Both the position numbers and the translations under genes were made by a program. A stretch of 64,000 nucleotides of DNA, taken from positions 113,741-177,740 of the forward strand of contig JBGUGD010000001.1 in NCBI GenBank assembly GCA_041697335.1, written 5' to 3'. The DNA comes from Vampirovibrionaceae bacterium NZW_1234 (GTDB lineage Bacteria > Cyanobacteriota > Vampirovibrionia > Vampirovibrionales > JAGQHJ01). Every line of letters begins with the position of its first letter. Position 1 is the first letter of the stretch. Under the pieces are notes generated by a model. The model searched no databases. It saw only the letters and a program-made list of their open reading frames with translations, and had not been told where the DNA came from. Shown here one piece after another: positions 19,100-29,909 of this stretch.

Positions 19100-19885
19100 A
19101 TGCCGACCAATACTGACGCCACCGACACTGTCACCTCCACCCCGCTCGACGACACCGACAAGTCAGCGCTCAAGTACCGCCGTGTTCTGTTAAAGATCAG
19201 TGGCGAGGCCTTGATGGGTGATCAAGGGTTCGGAATTAAGCCGGAAGTGGTTGAGGCCATTGCCGACGAAATTTATAAAGGTGTCGCTCTGGGTGCAGAA
19301 ATCGCCATTGTGGTTGGCGGCGGAAACATCTTCCGGGGTGTTCAAAACAGCGCCAAGCTGGGCATGGATAGAGCCGCTGCCGATTATGTCGGCATGTTGG
19401 CCACGGTGATGAACAGCTTGATTCTGCAAGGCATTCTCAAGAAAAAAGGCCTTCAAATTCGGGTCTTGAGTGCCATTGCCATGGATCGTGTTGCAGAGCC
19501 CTACATTCGTCTTCGAGCGATACGTCACCTTCAGAAAGGGCGTGTGGTCATTTTTGGCGCCGGAACCGGGAACCCGTTCTTTTCGACGGATACCACTGCG
19601 GCGTTGCGGGCTGCTGAAATCAGCGCCGATGTCATTCTGATGGCCAAGAACAATGTGGATGGGGTGTATGACAAGGACCCCAATCAACATAGTGATGCCC
19701 AGAAGTTTGAGACGCTGACCTATGATGAGCTGATGATACGGAACCTCAAGGTCATGGATCAGACGGCGGTGACCCTGTGCAAGGACACCAAAATGCCCAT
19801 TATCGTCTTTGACTTTGCCAAACAGGATGCCATCAGCAATATTCTCACCGGCAAATCCGAAGGATCCTTTATCGGTCCCGCTTAA
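19100..19885 (+). CDS. pyrH: UMP kinase
   Basis: [39 protein letters not shown]. Confidence 0.99.
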   Translation: MPTNTDATDTVTSTPLDDTDKSALKYRRVLLKISGEALMGDQGFGIKPEVVEAIADEIYKGVALGAEIAIVVGGGNIFRGVQNSAKLGMDRAAADYVGMLATVMNSLILQGILKKKGLQIRVLSAIAMDRVAEPYIRLRAIRHLQKGRVVIFGAGTGNPFFSTDTTAALRAAEISADVILMAKNNVDGVYDKDPNQHSDAQKFETLTYDELMIRNLKVMDQTAVTLCKDTKMPIIVFDFAKQDAISNILTGKSEGSFIGPA

Positions 19886-20188
19886 GATCGTTTTGCTGCA
19901 TCTGTTTAGCCTGTTTGGCGAGTTCGTATTTCTGGAATGGCGCTCTGTTGAACAATGCTAAACCGGCGTCATTTTAAACTTTCTGCTGTTTTTTCCTGCC
20001 GCGAGTCGGTTTACGGCAGAAGAACTGGGGCTTAAGCATGTCTTAAACACCCTGAAATTAATCTAAAGCCTATGTCGAAGTAGCATCATTTTATAAATGA
20101 TTGTTTTTATAATTATGAATTAAGACTTTACCGTATGTGCTTTGGGATATTCGGCAGTGAAGATGTAAGCGTGAAAGGACCTTGAGAC

Positions 20189-20581
20189 ATGGTTGTAAGT
20201 TTAAATGGCGGCCGTTCTGCACAACCTGCAGGGGGCGGTATTCGAGGAGATCTCCAGCAAAAAGTCAATCAACTGGAATCCATGGTACAGCAACAGATTC
20301 AAAACCCCGGTGAGCAACGACGTATCCTGGGGGCGCTGCAAAATGTGAAGTCCGGTACGGATTTATCCGATGCCTTGAGTAGCTTGTCGGGAAAAGAGAA
20401 AACGGACTTGGCCAATCTCATTGCCTCCGTGGCGGAACCCCCCGAAGAGCTCAAAGAGTATTGTACGGTCGATAAAAACTGGAGCGAAGGCCAGGAAGAT
20501 GACTGTGCCTTGCGTCAGGTTGAAACGGCTGAAAAAGAAGGGACCAAAGACGCGGGCGGCCTGATGAACATGATGGCATGA
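20189..20581 (+). CDS. Hypothetical protein
   Basis: 130-aa ORF with AAAGGA RBS. Confidence 0.65.
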   Translation: MVVSLNGGRSAQPAGGGIRGDLQQKVNQLESMVQQQIQNPGEQRRILGALQNVKSGTDLSDALSSLSGKEKTDLANLIASVAEPPEELKEYCTVDKNWSEGQEDDCALRQVETAEKEGTKDAGGLMNMMA

Positions 20582-20681
20582 ACCCTCTTGGGTGCGCCCA
20601 GAACATAACGCCGGACGAAACTTCTAGCCCCCCCCCGCAACCAAGCTCTCTCTTCTAAAGTCAAAGGCCCCATTCTTCAGA

Positions 20682-21392
20682 CTAACTGTGTTTTGAGCTT
20701 TCGATAAGGCCGCTTTGCAGGGCTTTTACGGCTGCCTGAGTCCGGTCATCGACTGCCAGTTTCTGGATGAGGTTACGCACATGGGCTTTGACCGTATAGA
20801 TAGAGATGCACAGAATATCCGCGATTTCTTTGTTGCTCTTGCCTTGGGCAATCAATTCCAGGACTTCCGTTTCCCGTTCCGAGAGGTCATTATGGGGGTT
20901 AGGTTCTATTACGGGAGGGGACTGTCGGTCTTTCCCAACGCCCGGGCGTTGTTGAAGCACCAAAGCCACTTTGCGGGCGATGGCCGGATCCAGCCAAACG
21001 GCACCATCTTTTACGGTTTCAATGACATGAATCAGGCGCTCGGTCTTAATGTCTTTCAGGCAATAGGCATCGGCCTGGGCCGCGAGAGAGGCATAGATTT
21101 CCTCGTCAATTTGACGGGAGGTTAAAATCACAACCTTGGTTTCGGGGTACAGCGACTTGATTTTCTGGGTGGCTTCAATGCCATCAAGCTCCGGCATTTC
21201 AATATCCATCAGGATAACGTCGGGTTGGAGCTTTTCTGCAAGGGCCAGGGCTTCCAGCCCATTTTGCGCTTCGGCAACGATGTTAAACGAGCTCTTACTT
21301 TGGAGCGAAAAGCTCAGGCCCGTTCGGGTAAATTCATGGTCATCCACAACCATGACCTTGAGGGGTTTTTGATCTGAATCGGGGGTTACCAT
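20682..21392 (-). CDS. NarL/LuxR-family response regulator
   Basis: VVDDH, ILMDIEMP receiver motif, LSERETEVLELIAQGKSNKEIA HTH; start ATG at 21392. Confidence 0.95.
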   Translation of the reverse strand: MVTPDSDQKPLKVMVVDDHEFTRTGLSFSLQSKSSFNIVAEAQNGLEALALAEKLQPDVILMDIEMPELDGIEATQKIKSLYPETKVVILTSRQIDEEIYASLAAQADAYCLKDIKTERLIHVIETVKDGAVWLDPAIARKVALVLQQRPGVGKDRQSPPVIEPNPHNDLSERETEVLELIAQGKSNKEIADILCISIYTVKAHVRNLIQKLAVDDRTQAAVKALQSGLIESSKHS

Positions 21393-21399
21393 AAAGGGC

Positions 21400-23694
21400 C
21401 TATTCCTTTCGTTCGTCATTGGGGAGTACGATGGTGAAGCAGGTTCCCTTGTTCGGGACGGTGTCGACCTCAATGCTTCCCTGGTGCAGTTCGACAATCA
21501 TTTTACAAATGTATAATCCCAAGCCTGTTCCAATTTTACGACGAGCCTGATCGCCTTTGTAGTACTGTTCGAAGATATAGGGCAAGATTTCCGGCGGAAT
21601 CCCCGGGCCGGTATCTTGCACAATGAGCCGTGAACTCCGGGGGCCGTGGGTGAGGCTAATGGAAATGCTGGAACCTGATGGGCAATTCTGTAGTGCGTTG
21701 CCGATGAGGTTGGTTAACACCCGTTTCATCAGCAGATAATCCGCCAATAGGGGAGCCGAATGATTTGGAATATCGTTGATGAGCTCGATACCTTTGGCTT
21801 TGGATAATTCCTGGAGTTCAATGAAGCTTTCCTCAATCAGCACGTGGGGTGAAATGTTCTGCTTGTACGCTTTGGTAACCCCTTCTTCCAGTTGGTAGAC
21901 ATCCAAGAGCCGGTTAACCATGTCCAGCAAGCTGCTGTTGTTCTTGATAAACCCGTCCAGAAGCGAAAATAACCGCTTGTCTTCAGAAAAAGGAGAATTC
22001 TCATGCAGGACTTCCAGAATACGCTGCTGAGCAATCAAGGGGGTGCGTAGGTCATGGGTCAGGGCGGACACAAATTTTCGACGTTGCTTGGTTTTCTGGT
22101 TCAGCCTTTCCAGGGCGTCCAAGTACTGGTCTTCCAGCAGCTTGCGATCCGTAAAGTCCCGCGCCACGGCATAAATGTAGTCTTTGTTGCTATCAGAACT
22201 GGCATTCCACAGCAGCCATTTTAACGTTCCATCCTTGCAGATATAGCGGTTCTCGAAGTTGGTGACGGTTCGCCCCTGGGCCAAGGCGCTCATGACGTGG
22301 AGGGTGCGATCATGATCATCCGGGTGAACAAAATTCATAAAGGGCGAGCCCAGGAGTTCGGCCTCGCTATAACCTAAAATTCGACTAAACTCCGGGTTAA
22401 CCTGATGGAAATAGCCGTCGGCCCTGGCCACGCACATCATATCGGCGGACAGGGAAAAGAGATTCTCAATTTGTCGAAGTTGGTGCGTGGTGTGCTTTAG
22501 TTCGTCTTCCAACTGCTTGCGTTGATTCATGTCTCGAACAAAGCAGAAATAGCCCAGGGTTTCTCCATTGACATCGACACTTTTAACCAGCGCAATGGCC
22601 TGATGGGTGAGCGAGCCATCTTTTCGAATCAATCGGGCTTCTACGTCGATGCGGTCCTGGGTAAAGAGTTTTTCACCGGCTTTAACCAGCGCTGGTCTGT
22701 CATCGGGGTAAACAAAGGGTTCCCAAAACAGGCCAACCAATTCTTGGGGCTGGTATCCCAGCTCACGGGCATAGGTTTGGTTGACGGATAAATAGTGGCC
22801 CTGGCTGTCCATAATACTGATGCCTTCCAAGGCATTGTCCATAACCACGGCATAGCGCTGGAGAATGGTGTGCATCCGCTTTTGCTCGGTAATATCCTCG
22901 GAAATGCCCAATAAATAGGCCGGTTCGTGATTTTCATCGAATAAAGGCACCTTTTTCGTGTGCAACAAGCGTACTGCGCCATCCTGAACCGTAATGCGTT
23001 CTTCCGGAATGTCATGAAGGATTTTGTGGTTGAGCACGTCTCTGTCTGCGGAGGTAAAGAATTGAGCCTGCTCTGCCGGAAAGACGTCGAAGTCGTTTTT
23101 ACCCAGCAAATGCTCTCGCTGGATGCCCAGGAGATCTTCGCCTGCTTTATTGATGAGGACAAACCGAAGCTCTTTGGATTCTTTGACAAAGACCATGTTG
23201 GGGATATTTTCCACAATGGAGTTCAGCAGTCTCAGCTCATCCTGGGTATTTTGCGACGAGGTGAGGCTTTGCACCGTGATTTCCTCACAAGTACCCATGG
23301 CCTGACGCAATTGACCCGACTCATCGAAGACCGGCCACAGGGTAATCTCGTGCATCACCGGGCCTTTGTGGGGGTGGGTGGACGAGAGGCGTTGCCGGAA
23401 GGTTCGGTTGGCCTTTAACGTTGAAATCAGTTCTTGGATAAAGGCTTGTGGGGGTGCAGGCGAATAGAATTCGGTCAAAGGAAGGGGTAATGCGCTTTGT
23501 TGAACCTGGGGCAGCAGGTCACTGAATTCGGGGCTTACATAGGAAACACAGGGGACAGGAAAAATCGGGCTGAGGGTGAACATGCCTTTTACAGGAACGC
23601 TCTCTTGAGCATGGGTGCTCGAGCACTTCGGAACGTGTTGCTGGTGTTGTTGAGAATGCGGGGACATGCGATTGAATGTAACCTGTATTGGCAC
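21400..23694 (-). CDS. Cytoplasmic multi-PAS sensor histidine kinase
   Basis: Three clear PAS/PAC domains, H-box ALTHDLRTPL, NLIGNA, DTGPGI, GTGLGL; start codon uncertain. Confidence 0.93.
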   Translation of the reverse strand: MPIQVTFNRMSPHSQQHQQHVPKCSSTHAQESVPVKGMFTLSPIFPVPCVSYVSPEFSDLLPQVQQSALPLPLTEFYSPAPPQAFIQELISTLKANRTFRQRLSSTHPHKGPVMHEITLWPVFDESGQLRQAMGTCEEITVQSLTSSQNTQDELRLLNSIVENIPNMVFVKESKELRFVLINKAGEDLLGIQREHLLGKNDFDVFPAEQAQFFTSADRDVLNHKILHDIPEERITVQDGAVRLLHTKKVPLFDENHEPAYLLGISEDITEQKRMHTILQRYAVVMDNALEGISIMDSQGHYLSVNQTYARELGYQPQELVGLFWEPFVYPDDRPALVKAGEKLFTQDRIDVEARLIRKDGSLTHQAIALVKSVDVNGETLGYFCFVRDMNQRKQLEDELKHTTHQLRQIENLFSLSADMMCVARADGYFHQVNPEFSRILGYSEAELLGSPFMNFVHPDDHDRTLHVMSALAQGRTVTNFENRYICKDGTLKWLLWNASSDSNKDYIYAVARDFTDRKLLEDQYLDALERLNQKTKQRRKFVSALTHDLRTPLIAQQRILEVLHENSPFSEDKRLFSLLDGFIKNNSSLLDMVNRLLDVYQLEEGVTKAYKQNISPHVLIEESFIELQELSKAKGIELINDIPNHSAPLLADYLLMKRVLTNLIGNALQNCPSGSSISISLTHGPRSSRLIVQDTGPGIPPEILPYIFEQYYKGDQARRKIGTGLGLYICKMIVELHQGSIEVDTVPNKGTCFTIVLPNDERKE

Positions 23695-23927
23695 TAACCG
23701 GACTTTGGAGCCCTATGTTTATTATACAAAATACAAAACCCACCTCGGTCGGGCTTGCCCCAATCCAAGGCTGCAGGCTTGACGCTTCCCAAGGGTTGGT
23801 AATAAGGGCTTATGCCTAGTGTATAGTGCTTTACACAAAAAAACGAGTTTCACTCCATTGCGAACGTCATGCAAGAGGCATCCCTGTTTTCAGTTTTAGG
23901 GCCGTTTGGGCTTGAGATTACTTGCCG

Positions 23928-24458
23928 TTAGTGGGTTTGGCTGACCCCAAAGGAGGTATACTCCTCGCTTATATCCGGGATGTCTCCGGGTGCTTCCTGG
24001 GGCTGCAAGACTTTGGCACTCGGGGTCAGATCCCGTTGCAGGAGGCTTTGGAAACGGTCCAGGTCGTCAACGACGAGCAACTCCAAATGCGGATAGTGGC
24101 GCTTTTTAAACTCCTGGGAACGGGGATTTCGCTCATCCACGCAAATGCTATAGGTCATCCGGCAGGCGGTCGTATCGATGGCTTCAAAATGCACCTGAAT
24201 GGACAGGGCGACCGGTCCATTGGGTTCGCTCTGCCACGATAGGGTTTCCGGAAAATCCAGGGTATCCCGGCGCATCTTCCAGTGATACTGACGCTGATCC
24301 GTTCCGGTTTCGAACCATTCAAACACGTTGGGGGCTTTCGTTGGGCGCACGTCTGTGACTCGGTTCATAAAGCGAGGGATATTGTCCGGATTGGCCATAA
24401 AGGTATAACACAACGCTTGAGGGGCTTTGACCATCAATATCTTGGTTACCGAATCCAT
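23928..24458 (-). CDS. SRPBCC (cyclase/dehydrase-like) family protein
   Basis: NIPRFM..VTDV, LSWQS and DLDRFQ patterns. Confidence 0.75.
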   Translation of the reverse strand: MDSVTKILMVKAPQALCYTFMANPDNIPRFMNRVTDVRPTKAPNVFEWFETGTDQRQYHWKMRRDTLDFPETLSWQSEPNGPVALSIQVHFEAIDTTACRMTYSICVDERNPRSQEFKKRHYPHLELLVVDDLDRFQSLLQRDLTPSAKVLQPQEAPGDIPDISEEYTSFGVSQTH

Positions 24459-24813
24459 TTTTCACCCTCCTCGTCTCTGTTGCTTCTCTCGTCGTGGAAA
24501 GACACACGTAGGGGTAGTGTAAGGGGTGCCCCCCAGAAATGCTATTCCAATGCAGGGCAATTTGTTGCTTATGGTGGCAGTGCCGGGTTCGCTTTTGAGG
24601 AGAGTCTTCGCCACAGGGGCTTGCTAAATTCCTCATTAGCGTAGCGCAATGATATTATCATGGAATGCCTAAGGCTGCTTTCAGAGGCGCTCACGCCAGG
24701 TCGAAATTGCTCTTCCTGCTAATAGAGGCATGTCGGGTGATCGTATACGATAGGCCACTGAAAAAGTGTCTTTTTCGATATGTCGCGTAATAACTTCAAA
24801 AAAGGAGTGTCGG

Positions 24814-25308
24814 ATGATGCTACGAAGATTAGGTTTTCTCTCTCTCGGGCTGTCGATGGTGATGTCAATTTTTATGACAAATCCTGCGATGGCATTGAAC
24901 GATGATGTGGCCGCAACGCTGACGATGACCCGGCAAGGTGCAGGCGAATTTGTGGTGGATGATTTGGATGTGGGTGATACCCTGATCCTGACCCTGGTGA
25001 ATCCTACAAACAAGCCGTTGCAGTTCGAAACCACGGAAAACGTCTTTAACCAGAAGAGCTTTGTGGTTCCGGCCAATAGCCAGCGAGTCGTGACCTTTAA
25101 TTACACCAAGCCGTTTTCCGATGATGTGACCTACGTAATTCGTGAAGTGGCTCCTTCCAATGTGGAAGTTGCCCGCAACGTCCTGATTCATCGTGAAACC
25201 ACCACACAAACCACCCAGACGGGCCCCAACCAATATACTGAAACACAAACCACCCGAACCACCACCACACAAACCGGTGGAACCACCAACGTCCGGGGCT
25301 ACTGGTAA
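24814..25308 (+). CDS. Secreted hypothetical protein with Thr-rich tail
   Basis: AAGGAG RBS; signal peptide ending PAMA; ends VRGYW. Confidence 0.75.
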   Translation: MMLRRLGFLSLGLSMVMSIFMTNPAMALNDDVAATLTMTRQGAGEFVVDDLDVGDTLILTLVNPTNKPLQFETTENVFNQKSFVVPANSQRVVTFNYTKPFSDDVTYVIREVAPSNVEVARNVLIHRETTTQTTQTGPNQYTETQTTRTTTTQTGGTTNVRGYW

Positions 25309-25334
25309 GTCTCTGACATTTTTGATGAGAAACA

Positions 25335-25367
25335 AAACGAGCGGTTCTGAAGAAGAACCGCTCGTTT
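25335..25367. terminator. Bidirectional intrinsic terminator
   Basis: Perfect 14-bp inverted repeat AAACGAGCGGTTCT-gaaga-AGAACCGCTCGTTT between convergent genes. Confidence 0.85.
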
Positions 25368-25394
25368 AAATTTTACTGAATCCGACAGGTGGGT

Positions 25395-25970
25395 TTAGAG
25401 TCGGGTAATTTTGGTGCCTTCCAGGCTGAGGTTATACATCAACCCCTTCTGGTCGGTCACAAAGGCCACAACCGGTTTGTTCTCCAAACTTTTGGTATCG
25501 ATGTTCCCTTCGGCCCCAACGGTAATGACGGCAACCGAAGCATCCAAACCAATCTCCCAACCCTTGCTGTTTAAGAACTCATTCAAAGCTTGCTGGGTTA
25601 AGAAAGCCAGGATAACCGACTTGCGCTGTCCACCCAGCTGAAACCCGACGGAACCGGAGGTCATCCGATAGAAGCCGTGTTCCTTGCCTTTAATCATCAG
25701 GGCTCCTTTACCGTATTCTCCGCCAATGGCAAAGATACCGGCCTGATAGACCTTGGGGAAAACTAATACACCAGCCGCCCGTTGAACAACGTTGTAGGCG
25801 CTACGGTTTTTTTCCTGAAGATTCTGTAAGGTATCCCGGGCATCTTCGCGGATCCGTGATTTGGATTGGGCTTCAGCACTGGGCATCATAAAGAAGATGC
25901 TGGCCAGTAACGCCATGATAAACGTAAGCGCTGCAACGCGCTTGAATGAACTCAATTTGAATCGTTTCAT
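25395..25970 (-). CDS. Ysc84/SYLF lipid-binding domain protein, secreted
   Basis: GVLVFP, GGEYGKGAL, SVGFQLGGQ, KGLMYNLSLEGTKIT; signal peptide. Confidence 0.9.
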   Translation of the reverse strand: MKRFKLSSFKRVAALTFIMALLASIFFMMPSAEAQSKSRIREDARDTLQNLQEKNRSAYNVVQRAAGVLVFPKVYQAGIFAIGGEYGKGALMIKGKEHGFYRMTSGSVGFQLGGQRKSVILAFLTQQALNEFLNSKGWEIGLDASVAVITVGAEGNIDTKSLENKPVVAFVTDQKGLMYNLSLEGTKITRL

Positions 25971-26177
25971 TAATTTCCTCTCCTTGTGGTTAATACAGGG
26001 TCTACGCTAAGATTTACGCATTATGGTACTGAGTCGAGAGACCTCAGCATAGTGGTTTTCTCATATGGCTGTGAGTACCTAGATGGCTAGGTCGGGGGCT
26101 ACCCAAATAGGGAATTTTCACATTTCAATCCCAGACTAGGCTTAAAAAATAGTGATCCGTAATTAGGTAATTTGACG

Positions 26178-26732
26178 ATGAAACATGCCTTGACCCTGAG
26201 TTTGTTGATGTTACTCCTGCCCTTGTCCTCATTGGCGGAAGAGGTCACGTTAAAAGGGGGTATCAAGTGGGATGAGGAAAGAGCCCGGACCTATGCCTTA
26301 AAACACTTGAACCCGGAGATTGATACCGCTCACTTCCAGGCGGTGGATCCAATTTACCGGCAAAATTCCCTGTTGCCTCATGAATTGCCGGAAACTTTGC
26401 GCCAGGCGTTTCGACAAGTCACCTTTTTTAACAGTGGGGATTACTCGGTGGTGTACGATGGCGAGAACATCGTGCATTATTACACCCAACAAGGGGACTT
26501 GTTAAAAGTCTCTATTTGCTCCACGCCTTTTGGACCAGAAACGGATTATTCCAGCTACCCGCGCAAGTGCGTGGAATACGGCTATCCCGAGGGTCGCATT
26601 ATCACGGTCAGTATGGATGTTTCGCCAAAAGAATCCTTTGTGTTTTCGCCCTCGGGTGAATTGAAAAACCATTGGGTGGGCGAACAGTGCTTTGATGACT
26701 GTGGCAACGAGATCCTGAAGCGCCAACAGTAG
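26178..26732 (+). CDS. Secreted hypothetical protein
   Basis: Signal peptide ending SSLA; 184 aa. Confidence 0.7.
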   Translation: MKHALTLSLLMLLLPLSSLAEEVTLKGGIKWDEERARTYALKHLNPEIDTAHFQAVDPIYRQNSLLPHELPETLRQAFRQVTFFNSGDYSVVYDGENIVHYYTQQGDLLKVSICSTPFGPETDYSSYPRKCVEYGYPEGRIITVSMDVSPKESFVFSPSGELKNHWVGEQCFDDCGNEILKRQQ

Positions 26733-26762
26733 TCCGCTAAGCCCCTTTGGACTCAGTTGGGT

Positions 26763-29700
26763 TTAGACCGAGTGTGTCGCCGTCATGAGGTCGTCTTTGC
26801 CTCGCAGCCATCGGCCCAGTCGCTGGTGGGTCTGGTTGACCAGGATGTAGAAGACCGGAATCACGTACAAGCTAAAGACGGTTGAGAAGACCATGCCGCC
26901 AAAGACACCGATGCTTAAGGAATGGCGACTGCCGGAACCGGCGCCTTCAGAAAGCATCAACGGCAGAATCCCGATAATAAAGGCCAGAGAGGTCATCAAA
27001 ATGGGACGCAAACGAATCTGGGCTGCCTCAACCACGGCATCCTGCAAGGTCATGCCTTGCTGACGCAGCTGGTTGGCAAACTCCACGATCAGGATGGCAT
27101 TCTTGCTGGACAGCCCAATGAGCATGACCAGACCAATCTGGAAGAAAATGTCGTTTTGCTGCCCGGCCAGCCATTGGGCCAGGGCCGCTCCCAGCACGGC
27201 CAGGGGGACGGCCAGCATAATGATGAACGGATCCCAGACACTCTCGTACTGGGCAGCCAGAATCAAGAAGACCAGCAGAAAGCCCAGACCAAAGATGAGC
27301 AGCACCTGTGAACCCGATTCCAACACCTCTTTGGAAATCCCGGCCCATTCGTAGTCCGAACCATTGGGCATTACGGGTTTGGCTATCTTGAGCAGAGCAT
27401 CCATGGCTTGCCCGGTGCTGTAGCCTGCACGAGAGGACCCGGCAATCTCGATATTTCGGAACAGGTTGTAGTGGAAAATCTGTTGCGGGGCCGAAGTCTG
27501 GGTGACCTTGACCAGGTTCTCCATGGGGATCAGCTTGTTATTGAGGGATTTGACCTGGAGGTTGTGAATATCACCCGGTTCGCGCCGGAAGGGCTGATCG
27601 GCCTGCAGATAGACCCGATAGACCCGGTTCATATAGTTAAAGTCGTTCACATAATTCGACCCCAGGTAGGTTTGCAGGGTGTCTGCAATGCGGTCCACCG
27701 GCACACCCAGGGCTTCGGCTTTATCGCGCTGGATATCGATGTCCACGATGGGGCTGTTGGGGGTAAAGTTGGCGAAGACCGCGACCATTTCCGGGCGCTG
27801 ATTGGCTTGAAACATAATGCTGTTGGCGGCTTTGGCCATGTCATCGAAGGTCAGGGTGCCGCTTTTATCGAGAAATTCAAACTGGACATCCCCGTAATCG
27901 CCATAGCCCTGGACCGGAGGCGGAGTAAAGGGGATGACGGTCGCTTCCGGAATACTCATCAGCTTGGGCTGAAGGCGAGCCACAATGGCATTGACCGTAT
28001 GTTCATGGCCTTTACGCTCTTCATAGCCTTTGAGGGTTGGAAAGATGGCCCCCCGGTTGGGGCTGGGAGCCGATAAACTGAACCCGGCCACTTCAAAGGT
28101 TCCCAGCACATCGGGATCCTCTTGAATAATCCGGGCGGCCTTGGTCACGATGCGGCTGGTGTATTCAGCCGAGGCGCCCACGGGAGCCTGAATGTCCACA
28201 ATAAAGTATCCTTGATCTTCGTTGGGGACGAAGCCGGACGGAATAATTTTGAACAGAACGACCACGCTGGCCAGGGAGAGGCCAAAGAAGGCCAGAACCC
28301 AGGGCTTATATCTCAGAACACTGACCAGGGTGCGCTGATAGGTCCGCCGGATGAGATCCAAAACCCCTTCCACGGCCCGAAAGAAGCGATTATCCTGATC
28401 CGTGTGCCCGGTTGACATCAGTCGGGCCGAGAGCATGGGCGTCAGGGTCAAGGCCACAAAGAGGGAGATGAGAATAGACACGGCAATGGTCAGGGAGAAC
28501 TGCCGGTAGAAGACCCCGGTACTGCCCGGAAAGAACATGACGGGAATAAAAACCGCCACCAAGACCAATGAGGAGGCGATGACGGCACTGACCACTTCTT
28601 TCATGGCCAGAGGCGCCGCCTGCATGGCCGAAATCTTGCGCTCTTCCACGTAGCGGGCAATGTTTTCGATGACGACGATAGCGTCATCGACCACCAGGCC
28701 GGTGGCCAGGATGATGCCGAACAGGGTCAGCGCATTAATGCTGAAGCCAAAAAGCTTGATAAAGGCAAAGGTGCCAATCAGGGAGACGGGGATCGCAATC
28801 GCCGGAATCAACGTGGTTCTGACCCGCTTGAGGAAAAGCAGGATGATGGCAATAACCAGTAGAATCGTGATGCCCAGTGTCAGCACGACTTCGTTGACGG
28901 TGTGGCCCACGATGCTGGTGGCGTCAAAGGCCATGGTGGTCTTCAGGCCCGGCGGGAATTTTTCGGCCAGACGGTTCATTTCCCGGGTAACGCCGGTACT
29001 GACCGCAAGGGCATTGGCGCCGTTGACAGGGGAGACCAGAATGCCCACCCCGGGATGGCTGTTGTAGTGGAAAATCGCGCTGTAGTCCTCGGCACCCAGC
29101 TCCACCCGGCCAATATCCCGGAGTTTGACCAGGGCGGTTCCCGAGGCGTTTCGCTTGAGGACAATGTTTTCAAATTCCGTGGCGTCTTTGAGAAGGCCTC
29201 GGGCGTTGAGAGTAAATTGGGTGACCCGGCTGGGATCGCTGGGGGGCTGGCCGACTTGACCGGCTGCAATCTGGATGTTTTGAGACCGGAGGGCTTGGGC
29301 CACATCCTGAGTCGACAGACCCCGCATGGCCAGGCGATTGGGATCGAGCCAAAGGCGCATGGAGAAGCGCCGCTCGCCGATGAGCTGCACGTTGCCGACC
29401 CCGTCCACCCGTTTCAGGACGTCTTTGATGTAGCGATCGGCATAGTTGCTGATGAACAGCTCGTCATAGGCCCCGTTTTCCGAATACAAGGCCCCGGCCA
29501 TCAAAATGGCGGCGGACTTGGTGACCTGAATCCCGACGTTGCGGACTTCTGCGGGCAAGCGTCCTTCGGCAGCATTAATGCGGTTCTGGACGTCGACGGC
29601 GGCCTGATCGATATCGGTCCCTTGCTTGAAGACAATGGTAATGGTGCTGGTGCCGTTGTCCGCACTGGTGGACTTGATGTAGTCCATGTTCTTGACCCCG

Positions 29701-29909
29701 TTAATCTCCCGCTCCAGCGGCTGGGTTACGGAAGATTCGACGACCTGGGCGTTTGCACCCGTGTAGGTGGCGTTCACCACAATCTGCGGCGGCGCAATGT
29801 TCGGGTAGAGTTCCACGGGTAACGTGGGAATGAAGACCAGGCCCACCAGCATAATGATAATGGCGCAGACACTGGTGAAGATCGGGCGGCGAATAAAAAA
29901 GTGTAGCAT
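26763..29909 (-). CDS. RND efflux permease (HAE1, AcrB/BepE-like)
   Basis: FFIRRPIF, GLVVDDAIVVIEN, KNAILIVEFA, RLRPILMT; 1048 aa. Confidence 0.97.
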   Translation of the reverse strand: MLHFFIRRPIFTSVCAIIIMLVGLVFIPTLPVELYPNIAPPQIVVNATYTGANAQVVESSVTQPLEREINGVKNMDYIKSTSADNGTSTITIVFKQGTDIDQAAVDVQNRINAAEGRLPAEVRNVGIQVTKSAAILMAGALYSENGAYDELFISNYADRYIKDVLKRVDGVGNVQLIGERRFSMRLWLDPNRLAMRGLSTQDVAQALRSQNIQIAAGQVGQPPSDPSRVTQFTLNARGLLKDATEFENIVLKRNASGTALVKLRDIGRVELGAEDYSAIFHYNSHPGVGILVSPVNGANALAVSTGVTREMNRLAEKFPPGLKTTMAFDATSIVGHTVNEVVLTLGITILLVIAIILLFLKRVRTTLIPAIAIPVSLIGTFAFIKLFGFSINALTLFGIILATGLVVDDAIVVIENIARYVEERKISAMQAAPLAMKEVVSAVIASSLVLVAVFIPVMFFPGSTGVFYRQFSLTIAVSILISLFVALTLTPMLSARLMSTGHTDQDNRFFRAVEGVLDLIRRTYQRTLVSVLRYKPWVLAFFGLSLASVVVLFKIIPSGFVPNEDQGYFIVDIQAPVGASAEYTSRIVTKAARIIQEDPDVLGTFEVAGFSLSAPSPNRGAIFPTLKGYEERKGHEHTVNAIVARLQPKLMSIPEATVIPFTPPPVQGYGDYGDVQFEFLDKSGTLTFDDMAKAANSIMFQANQRPEMVAVFANFTPNSPIVDIDIQRDKAEALGVPVDRIADTLQTYLGSNYVNDFNYMNRVYRVYLQADQPFRREPGDIHNLQVKSLNNKLIPMENLVKVTQTSAPQQIFHYNLFRNIEIAGSSRAGYSTGQAMDALLKIAKPVMPNGSDYEWAGISKEVLESGSQVLLIFGLGFLLVFLILAAQYESVWDPFIIMLAVPLAVLGAALAQWLAGQQNDIFFQIGLVMLIGLSSKNAILIVEFANQLRQQGMTLQDAVVEAAQIRLRPILMTSLAFIIGILPLMLSEGAGSGSRHSLSIGVFGGMVFSTVFSLYVIPVFYILVNQTHQRLGRWLRGKDDLMTATHSV

